Translations under genes and position numbers: made by a program | NCBI GenBank assembly: GCA_050789245.1 | Contig: JBOZRR010000029.1 | Span: 5,556-69,555 of the forward strand | Origin: Bryobacteraceae bacterium | GTDB taxonomy: Bacteria; Acidobacteriota; Terriglobia; Bryobacterales; Bryobacteraceae | DNA length: 64,000 nt | Direction: 5' to 3' | The notes under the pieces: model-generated | Databases searched by the model: none | What the model saw: only the letters and a program-made list of their open reading frames with translations | Told to the model about the DNA's origin: nothing | Part shown: piece by piece, positions 31,625-38,681 of the stretch | Layout of the letters: each line of letters starts with the position of its first letter | Position numbering within the stretch: position 1 is the first letter of the stretch

Positions 31625-31933
31625 TTAGTCGTAGTTCCAGAACTCCGAGTCGCGCATCTCCGTGACGGAATCGTCGGGGTGCTTGTAGAAGCCGTCCAGC
31701 GCGACGGTCTGCAGACGTGGGAACCAGCAAGAGTCCAGGCAGCCCTGGACGACGACCTTCAGGCTGCCTTCCTGGCCGGGTTCGACGATGACTGAAACAG
31801 TGCCTTTGCGCTTTCCGACAGTCACAATCTCCGGACGCACATCATTCATCTCGCGGAGACGCCCCCAGGGAAGCGCCCGGAGTGCCCGCCCCCGGGCCTC
31901 CACGATCTGGCGAAATTGTTCGTAGTCCTCCAT
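31625..31933 (-). CDS. hypothetical protein, third gene of the MNT-HEPN operon
   Basis: ATG at 31933 lies 1 nt after the HEPN stop (31935-31937). Coding-like, no recognised motif. Confidence 0.55.
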   Translation of the reverse strand: MEDYEQFRQIVEARGRALRALPWGRLREMNDVRPEIVTVGKRKGTVSVIVEPGQEGSLKVVVQGCLDSCWFPRLQTVALDGFYKHPDDSVTEMRDSEFWNYD

Positions 31934-31934
31934 C

Positions 31935-32348
31935 CTATGACTCTGGCGCGGATGCAATGCGATCCTCGACTGCTCTGCAAATGCGTTGTGCGATGTCGAG
32001 CCAATCTCGCGACTCCTCCACCGAGGGTTCTTCCGGTGCGCCCGGATATCGAAAGAGTGTGGCGAAGCCCGTCAGTGCGAGGCCGGGTTCGATCACGGTT
32101 CGCAAGGATTCGTCGAGGGCAATTACCGGACGCGCGAGCTCGGTTACGTTGTGCGTGAGCGGATAGGGTTCGCCTCGGGAGACGAGGAAGGCCTTCAGTG
32201 CCTTCTCCGCAGCCTGCTGAGCGTGATAAAGGGAAATCCCCAGGATCGGAGGTTCACTCTCAATCCCGAGTTGCGCCAAACGCAGGTCCTCACGCGCAAT
32301 TCGGAGCCATTCCCTGGCTTCTTCAGGCAGCTTGCGGCTCTGCTTCAT
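31935..32348 (-). CDS. HEPN-domain protein (toxin-like partner of a minimal nucleotidyltransferase)
   Basis: REDLRLA...YHAQQAAEKALKAFL...LTHNVTEL helical HEPN pattern. Overlaps the upstream MNT gene by 26 nt. Confidence 0.8.
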   Translation of the reverse strand: MKQSRKLPEEAREWLRIAREDLRLAQLGIESEPPILGISLYHAQQAAEKALKAFLVSRGEPYPLTHNVTELARPVIALDESLRTVIEPGLALTGFATLFRYPGAPEEPSVEESRDWLDIAQRICRAVEDRIASAPES

Positions 32349-32670
32349 ACAGGAGCTTTCCTTCCCTCAAGGCGATGGCCGGAAGCGACATCAACCAGCC
32401 TGTTCGCTGCTCAAATGCAGAGCGGCGGAAACGCACAATCTCGATGGCATAAGGAATGTCCCAAAGCGCGGAATAGATCTCTCCAGCCCAAAGCGCCTCG
32501 CGCGGGGCGCTGTCCGGCAGGACGATCAGGAAATCAATGTCGCTCTGAGGCCGGGCATCACCGCGCGCGGTGGAGCCGATCAAGTAGACCCGTTCCGGGT
32601 GCAATTGCGCCACCATGATCCGTACGGCCGACTGCACGGCTTCTTCGCGAGTCATTGTCCTTCCCAACAC
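32323..32670 (-). CDS. minimal nucleotidyltransferase (MNT family)
   Basis: LIGSTARGDARPQSDIDFLIVL matches the GSxxRGx(5)SDxD signature. Confidence 0.85.
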   Translation of the reverse strand: MLGRTMTREEAVQSAVRIMVAQLHPERVYLIGSTARGDARPQSDIDFLIVLPDSAPREALWAGEIYSALWDIPYAIEIVRFRRSAFEQRTGWLMSLPAIALREGKLLYEAEPQAA

Positions 32671-32700
32671 TGTAACGCGGACGCGGCGCGCCGGGACGCG

Positions 32701-32860
32701 TTACCTCCGGTGACCTCGACTTTCCTGCGCCGGTGGGGGGGCGCGGATCTCCGTCACGATGACGTTCGGACGGCGGTATTCGCCCTCAGTGCACCGGAGA
32801 TGTCGATCCATGGTCCGGGCCGTCGCCTGTAATGCCAGTCGTCTCACGCCGAGCATTATT
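32701..32860 (-). pseudogene. decayed C-terminal remnant of a second lysyl-oxidase-like gene
   Basis: Two reading frames match the intact gene at 34068..34790. DDWHYRRRPGPWIDISGA aligns with GDWYYKQLPGQWIDITGV, and EGEYRRPNVIVTEIRAPPP aligns with EGENRYPNFIETEIHVPNP. They are separated by a frameshift and a deletion of about 25 codons, with a stop just upstream of DDW. Confidence 0.7.
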
Positions 32861-33058
32861 TGGATATGTCGCCGGTCACTTTCTGCTCCGCCGAAAGCGC
32901 GGCAACAGGCGCTCCGAGGATGATGGCGGATTTGCCATGGGCCAAGTACCGCGAGACAGATGAACATGATATCGATTGAAAATGTACACTGTTTCTGCAC
33001 GAGTTCGGGCACGGTTCCGTCATATACTGCAGCTACAGGCGAGAAAGGAGCCGTTGGC

Positions 33059-34009
33059 ATGAAGGTCGCCATTCGTCTCTTGTTGCTGATTGGTGCGGTG
33101 CTGCTGGCGCAGGCTGCCCCACGCGAGGCTTTCTATTCCCGAGCCACCAGTTTTGGAGGGCAGATCGTTCCGCTGTTCGCGAATGGCTACCTTGTCTACC
33201 TTCACCAGGAGAAGCGGCTGCAAGTGTTTCGGCCCGACACCGAACTCGCTTATGACTACGACGTGCCGTGTCCTCCGCAGACGAGCCACTGTGGACTCGA
33301 AGCTGTGGCGGTGAGTCGTGAAGGTGTCGTCGCCTTGGGGATCGGGTTCCTCACGAAGAACGGCTATGCGAGCGGCATTCGGCTTATAGATGCGAAGGGC
33401 GAGGAAATCCGCTTCATTAGTACGGGGCGATATGGCTCGCGGCAGTTGGCCTTCGACAAGCATGGCGCTATATGGTCGATCGGGTGGCAGCGAGACGAAT
33501 GGGCAAATGACAGGCAGAGCCGTGACGACTACAACATTGCGCGCAAGTACTCGCCTCAAGGCAAATTGGAGGGCGAGTTCTTGCCGAAGTCGCTGTGGAC
33601 GGCCAAGCTCGGTCCCAGTCTCGGCGGGCGTGGCTACTGGACCATGTACGCCGCGGATGACCGGATCGGCGCCATCTTCAATGAAAACATGATGGGGGCG
33701 ACGCCAGAGTGGGTAGAGTGGGATCTGAACGGCAACGTGCTCCGTCGAGTTCTCCTTCCCAAATCGTACAGTTCGCTGCCCCGCGCATTCACGCGCAATG
33801 GGACGCTCTACGCTCAGTTCCCGGCCGCGGGCGAAGGCAACGAAATGGAGTTGAAGTCGCTGGAGCCTCAGAGCGGAGAATGGATTCCCGTCCGCTCGAA
33901 CCTGCCCAGCCACTTGAAGGGATTCCTGCTCGGAGCGGACGGTGATGATCTGGTCTACCGCGAAATCCGCGACGGGATCGTCCGCCTGGTTTGGGCGAAG
34001 CCCGAATAG
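33059..34009 (+). CDS. hypothetical exported protein
   Basis: AAAGGAG RBS 8 nt before ATG 33059. Signal MKVAIRLLLLIGAVLLAQA. Beta-rich composition, no recognised motif. Confidence 0.6.
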   Translation: MKVAIRLLLLIGAVLLAQAAPREAFYSRATSFGGQIVPLFANGYLVYLHQEKRLQVFRPDTELAYDYDVPCPPQTSHCGLEAVAVSREGVVALGIGFLTKNGYASGIRLIDAKGEEIRFISTGRYGSRQLAFDKHGAIWSIGWQRDEWANDRQSRDDYNIARKYSPQGKLEGEFLPKSLWTAKLGPSLGGRGYWTMYAADDRIGAIFNENMMGATPEWVEWDLNGNVLRRVLLPKSYSSLPRAFTRNGTLYAQFPAAGEGNEMELKSLEPQSGEWIPVRSNLPSHLKGFLLGADGDDLVYREIRDGIVRLVWAKPE

Positions 34010-34067
34010 GAAAACGGCCCGCGCTTTGATGGGCGCGGGCCGTTCTGATTCGGACCTCCTGAGCAGC

Positions 34068-34790
34068 TCAGTCCTCGACCACTGCGACCTTATTGCGCGG
34101 GTTGGGGACGTGGATCTCCGTCTCGATGAAGTTCGGATACCGGTTCTCGCCCTCTTCGAAGGTGTAAGGCTCGGAGAAGTTGATCTCGGCCCGGACGATG
34201 TAGTCGCCTTCGGGGACCCCGGTGATGTCGATCCATTGGCCGGGCAGTTGCTTGTAATACCAGTCGCCCCAGCCGGACGTGATGCCCTGGTTCTCGCAGG
34301 TATAGCCGCTGCTCTTGCCGCCCCAATACTTGAACGAATCCTCAAAGCAGAAGCCGCCTTTCCAACTCTCCACCACCAATTCGCGCGTGTCCTTTTTCAG
34401 CAGTTTGTAAACCGTGAATTGCTTGATGTGATAGTGCTGGTGGCACTCGGCGAAGTAGAAGTAGTCCTTGTAAGGATTGTTCGGGTCTTCGCGGTTGCCC
34501 ACCACCAGGTCGCCGTCGCCGGCATTGAGGATCACCGTGTCGAAGCGCAGGATGCGCCGGTAGCCCGTTCCAAAGATCGAGCCCTCCAGGAACGCGCAGC
34601 CCGTCGGTTCAAAGTAGCGGTCCACGATCTCCATCTGGGAGACGAAGCGCTTTGGATCGAGCGTCAGATCCGGCTTGCCGCCGTTGTCATAGACGGGAAA
34701 ATCGCGGCCGACCGAGGTCCTTTGGGCCAGGACGGCGGGCGCGAGCGAGAGAAAAGCCGCAAGCGCGGCGACAGGTATTTTCAGGTTCAC
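34068..34790 (-). CDS. lysyl-oxidase-like copper amine oxidase (LOX catalytic domain), exported
   Basis: CHQHYH (Cu His triad), WKGGFCFED (LTQ Lys position), GDWYYKQLPGQWIDITGVPEGDYIV (LTQ Tyr position plus the conserved QWIDIT block). GGAGGA RBS and GTG start at 34790. Signal IPVAALAAFLSLAPAVLAQ. Confidence 0.85.
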   Translation of the reverse strand: MNLKIPVAALAAFLSLAPAVLAQRTSVGRDFPVYDNGGKPDLTLDPKRFVSQMEIVDRYFEPTGCAFLEGSIFGTGYRRILRFDTVILNAGDGDLVVGNREDPNNPYKDYFYFAECHQHYHIKQFTVYKLLKKDTRELVVESWKGGFCFEDSFKYWGGKSSGYTCENQGITSGWGDWYYKQLPGQWIDITGVPEGDYIVRAEINFSEPYTFEEGENRYPNFIETEIHVPNPRNKVAVVED

Positions 34791-34869
34791 AAATGGCTCC
34801 TCCAGTTGCCAATTGCGCAAGAATGGCACAGAAGCGATCGTCTCGCTATACTTTTTGGTACTTTTTCGA

Positions 34870-36123
34870 TCAATCGTTCGTGCCGGATGCCGGCTTCGCC
34901 ACCTCAGCACCGAAAACGTACGTTTCGCCGAACATGTTCGATCGAAAGATCACCATTTTGCCGTCTGGGGTGAAGCTGACGTTCGGCTCTAGTCGGTAGT
35001 TGTGCTTCGACATGTTCACGAGTCGCGTCGAGCGTAGGACGCCGGGGCGGACAAAGCTCGGCTCGGTGACGCCGCGATTCGGAAGCAGCTCCGGACGGAA
35101 CAGGTAAATCCACTGGCCGTCCTTCGCGTGAGCCACCTGGCCCGAGTCGCCGCCGTCGCCGGCCATCAGCGCGCCGTCTCGCGTCGCGTTGAAGTGGATC
35201 GACCATTCGTCGCGCTGAAGGCTGTACCAGCGGCGCTCGCCGGTCTCGACGTTGTAGGCGGCCAGCCAGAAGACCTCGCCGCGCGGCGTCTGCAAGTCGT
35301 ACCAGATGGTCTTGCCATCGGCGCTCCAGAACTCGTGGCCCCAGATCTCCATCTCCATGGTGCGCGTGTGAATTTTCGTGATTTTGCGGGACTCCACGTC
35401 GATGGTCCACAGCCGGTCCACCTTGTGCCAGGGCCCTTCGTGGCAGAACATCAGCAGATTCGGATTGGCGGGCGAGAACAGCAGGTGGTTCAGCCAGTCC
35501 GTGGCGCGGTGGATCACTTTCAGTTCGCCCGTCTTCGTGCTGATGGTGAACATGGCCATCGGCAGGCGCGCCGCCAGGCGGTCCTCCATCATCTGGCCCT
35601 TGTTGCGCGGCTGTTCGAGCGAATGGCCCTGCGAGGCGCTCTGGCGCTGATTCTGGTTGTAGTCGGCGCCGTCGCCTTCGATGTAGGTGCCTGCGAGCAG
35701 GGTTTCGTCGGCGTTGATCGTCGAGATCGAGCCGCGGCGCGGCAATTTCGCGATTTCGCGCGACGTGCCCGCGTCCATTTCGGTGCTCCAGACGGCGCCG
35801 TCTTTCGTGTAGTAGACCGTGGGACTCTTGCGGCCAACCTCGATGACGCGCACGCGTCCGTCGACGACTTTCCTCGACGCGCGCGTCGAGAGATCGAGGA
35901 GAAATACGCCGTCCGGCGTCGAGTAAATCATCCGCAGGCCGTCGGGCGTGTAGCCGTTCTGGTTGAAGTACAAACTGGCGCTGCCGGGCTCCTTCGTGAG
36001 GCGGTGCACGCGGTGGCCGGTGTCGGGGTCCACCCAGCTTTCAGGCGGCTCGGCGGCCGTTGCGAGGGCCGTCGCGGCCAGGATCAGTATCGGTACCCGC
36101 ATCCCAATTTGGCTCCAGTTCAT
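34870..36123 (-). CDS. oligogalacturonate-lyase-family beta-propeller protein, exported
   Basis: FCHEGPWHKVDRLW, HEFW and SFTPDGKMVIFRSN match conserved Ogl-family blocks. Signal MRVPILILAATALATA. An alternative ATG at 36102 has a better GGAG spacing. Confidence 0.75.
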   Translation of the reverse strand: MNWSQIGMRVPILILAATALATAAEPPESWVDPDTGHRVHRLTKEPGSASLYFNQNGYTPDGLRMIYSTPDGVFLLDLSTRASRKVVDGRVRVIEVGRKSPTVYYTKDGAVWSTEMDAGTSREIAKLPRRGSISTINADETLLAGTYIEGDGADYNQNQRQSASQGHSLEQPRNKGQMMEDRLAARLPMAMFTISTKTGELKVIHRATDWLNHLLFSPANPNLLMFCHEGPWHKVDRLWTIDVESRKITKIHTRTMEMEIWGHEFWSADGKTIWYDLQTPRGEVFWLAAYNVETGERRWYSLQRDEWSIHFNATRDGALMAGDGGDSGQVAHAKDGQWIYLFRPELLPNRGVTEPSFVRPGVLRSTRLVNMSKHNYRLEPNVSFTPDGKMVIFRSNMFGETYVFGAEVAKPASGTND

Positions 36124-36181
36124 GTAATCTCGTAAGGGGCCGAGATCGCCCCTAAAGATTCAGGTCTAGAGGTCCTCAATC

Positions 36182-37723
36182 ATGCCCCAGAATGGCGTTT
36201 CGCGTCGATATTTCTTTTACGGCTCCCTGCTCGCCGGCGCCGTCCCCGTTGCCGGTTTCGGCAGCACGCCCAATCTGAAGTTCATGGGCTACAAATCGCC
36301 CATGGAGAAGCTCAATATCGCAGGCATTGGCGCCGGCGGCAAGGGCTACAGCGATCTGATGGGCTGCGCGACCGAGAACATCGTCGCATTGTGCGATCCC
36401 GACGCGAAACGCGCGGGCCGCACATTCGAGCGTTTTCCCGACGCTCCGCGCTACACGGACTTCCGAAAATTGTTCGACAAAGAGGCGAAGAACATCGACG
36501 CGGTGATCGTCGCCACGCCGGACCACATGCACGGCACGATCACGATGTGGGCGATGGAGCGCGGGAAGCACGTCTACTGTCAGAAGCCGCTGACGCGCAC
36601 TGTGTGGGAGGCGCGGCAGCTTGCCGCCGCTGCGCAGAAATACGGCGTCGCAACGCAGATGGGGAACCAGGGATTCTCGAACGAAGGCACGCGGCTTTGC
36701 GCGGAGATGGTGTGGGCCGGCGAGATCGGCAACGTCACAGAAGTCCACGCGTGGACCGACCGGCCGATGTGGCCGCAGGGCGTGACGTCGATTCCGGCGC
36801 CGAGCGACGTGCCGTCGACGCTCGACTGGGAGTCGTGGCTGGGCATCGCGGACCAGCGGCCGTACACGAACGGCGGCTCGGGCTACCCGACGCAGTGGGG
36901 CAACTTCTACGAGCCGTTCAACTGGCGCGGATTCTATGACTTCGGCTGCGGCGCTCTGGGCGACATGGCGTGCCACATTCTCGGAGCGCCGCACATCGCG
37001 CTGAAGCTCGGCACGCCGTCGAGCGTCGAGTGCGTGATGAAGGAAGGCACGAGCGAGTTCATGTTCCCGAAGAAATCGGTGATCCGCTTCGACTTCCCGG
37101 CGCGCGGCTCGATGCCGGCGATGAAGCTGTTCTGGTACGACGGCCTGAAGGAGACGCCGAAGATTGCGGGCGTGCCGGAAGGCGAATTCCTGGGCGATCT
37201 GCCGTCGCGTCCGTTCCGCAGGCCGCAGGGCCAGCAAGGCCAGCAAGGCGCGCCGCAGGCTGCACCGGCGCAGATGCCGCCGCGTCCGGCGACGGGCTAC
37301 GTCGGACGGATGTTCAACTACGAGGAATTCCTGAAACTGAAGGACGATCCGAACAAGCGCGTTCCGCCGCCGGACGGGAGCCTGTTCGTCGGCGACAAGG
37401 GCATGCTGACGACTGGGACGTACGGCGAGGAGACGCGTCTGATCCCGGTGGAGAAGATGGCCGATTACAAGGCGCCGGCTCCGCTGCTGACGCGCTCGCC
37501 CGGCCACTATCGCGACTGGATCCGCGCCTGCAAGGGCGGCGAACCGTCGTGCTCGAACTTCGGCGTGGCCGCGCCGTTCGTCGAGTGGATGCTGCTGGGC
37601 GTGGTGGCGCTGCGCGTCGAAGGCAAGCTGGAGTACGACGCGGCGAAGATGGCGTTCACGAACAACAAAGAAGCCAACAAGTACCTGCGGCCGAACTTCC
37701 GCAAGGGCTGGTCGTTCATCTAA
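36182..37723 (+). CDS. Gfo/Idh/MocA-family oxidoreductase with Tat-like signal and Gln/Pro-rich insert
   Basis: VSRRYFFYGSLLAGAV leader, Rossmann IAGIGAGGKG, CQKP motif. Low-complexity RPQGQQGQQGAPQAAPAQMPP insert. Confidence 0.85.
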   Translation: MPQNGVSRRYFFYGSLLAGAVPVAGFGSTPNLKFMGYKSPMEKLNIAGIGAGGKGYSDLMGCATENIVALCDPDAKRAGRTFERFPDAPRYTDFRKLFDKEAKNIDAVIVATPDHMHGTITMWAMERGKHVYCQKPLTRTVWEARQLAAAAQKYGVATQMGNQGFSNEGTRLCAEMVWAGEIGNVTEVHAWTDRPMWPQGVTSIPAPSDVPSTLDWESWLGIADQRPYTNGGSGYPTQWGNFYEPFNWRGFYDFGCGALGDMACHILGAPHIALKLGTPSSVECVMKEGTSEFMFPKKSVIRFDFPARGSMPAMKLFWYDGLKETPKIAGVPEGEFLGDLPSRPFRRPQGQQGQQGAPQAAPAQMPPRPATGYVGRMFNYEEFLKLKDDPNKRVPPPDGSLFVGDKGMLTTGTYGEETRLIPVEKMADYKAPAPLLTRSPGHYRDWIRACKGGEPSCSNFGVAAPFVEWMLLGVVALRVEGKLEYDAAKMAFTNNKEANKYLRPNFRKGWSFI

Positions 37724-37731
37724 GTTCGACA

Positions 37732-37770
37732 GGCGCCGTTCACAACTGGCGCGAATATTTTTATTTCGAT
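37732..37770 (+). terminator. weak intrinsic terminator candidate after the oxidoreductase
   Basis: GCGCC-N10-GGCGC short stem followed by GAATATTTTTATTTCG. Confidence 0.35.
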
Positions 37771-37855
37771 TGGAATGAGCGGATTGCGGCCGAACTGCTC
37801 CCGCCGGATTTGGCGGGTTGCAGGTTCGGCCGCGCTACGTTTTGGCGTGCGTGGC

Positions 37856-38647
37856 TTATGTGCGCTTGTGGGGGGACTTGCGCTGGAGCCACATGCGGAG
37901 GGCGAGCGGAAGACGGGTCCAGAGGGCGACGAATAGGCTGTACTTCCAGCCGGGGATGACGAAGAGCTTGCCGGAATCGAGGGCGCGGAGGGATTCGCCG
38001 ACGACAAACGCGGCGGGCATCCAGAGCGGGCTGGGGATTTTGCCGCGGTCGACGCCGAGCACGTCGTGGAACTCGGTGTAGGTGAAGCCGGGGCAGAGGG
38101 CCTGAACGACGACGGGGGAGCGCATGGCGTCGAGTTCGACGCGGAGGCCTTCGGTGAAGTCGTTCATCCAGCCCTTGGTGGCGCAGTAGGAGACGTTGCC
38201 CTGGCTGCGGGCGAAGGCGGCGACGGAGCTGACGTTGATGACGGCTCCGGAGCGGCGCTCGATCATGCCGGGGAGGACGGCGCGGGTGAGGCGCATGGTG
38301 GCGAGGACATGCACCTGGACCATGTCCTGCTGGCGGGCGTAGTCGGCTTCGTAGAAGCGGCCGAGGGTGCCGAAGCCGGCGTTGTTGACGAGGAGATCGA
38401 CGGAGGGAAGGGAGGCGAGGTGATGGGCGAGAGACTCGGTGGCGGCGGGGTCGGCGAGATCGGCCGGGAAGAGGGTGACGGTGATGGGATGAGCGGATTC
38501 GAGCTGCTGTTTCAGGTGCTGAAGGCGGTCAGCGCGGCGTGCGGTGAGCAGGAGATTCCAGCCTAGGGCGGCGAGCTGCCGGGCGAAGGTTTCGCCGAGG
38601 CCGGAGGAGGCGCCGGAAATCACGGCAAGACGGTTTTGTTGCGGCAA
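37856..38647 (-). CDS. SDR-family oxidoreductase
   Basis: VISGASSGLG, NNAG, and YCATK catalytic Tyr-Lys. Confidence 0.85.
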   Translation of the reverse strand: MPQQNRLAVISGASSGLGETFARQLAALGWNLLLTARRADRLQHLKQQLESAHPITVTLFPADLADPAATESLAHHLASLPSVDLLVNNAGFGTLGRFYEADYARQQDMVQVHVLATMRLTRAVLPGMIERRSGAVINVSSVAAFARSQGNVSYCATKGWMNDFTEGLRVELDAMRSPVVVQALCPGFTYTEFHDVLGVDRGKIPSPLWMPAAFVVGESLRALDSGKLFVIPGWKYSLFVALWTRLPLALRMWLQRKSPHKRT

Positions 38648-38668
38648 AGCTGGTGTGTCTCCCCCTGC

Positions 38669-38674
38669 TATAAT
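38669..38674 (+). promoter_or_regulatory. -10-like TATAAT hexamer upstream of the CorA-like gene
   Basis: GCTATAATCGCACC then GTG. The hexamer ends 7 nt before the candidate GTG start at 38682. No convincing -35 was seen. Confidence 0.25.
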
Positions 38675-38681
38675 CGCACCC

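Noticed and set aside
32701-33072. 123-aa reverse-strand ORF as a real gene
   Set aside because: Its 3' part is the out-of-frame LOX remnant. Its 5' part overlaps the RBS and start of the + strand gene at 33059. It is better explained as a pseudogene chimera.
36176-37507. 443-aa reverse-strand ORF
   Set aside because: It is antisense to the Gfo/Idh/MocA gene at 36182..37723. It is extremely Arg-rich.
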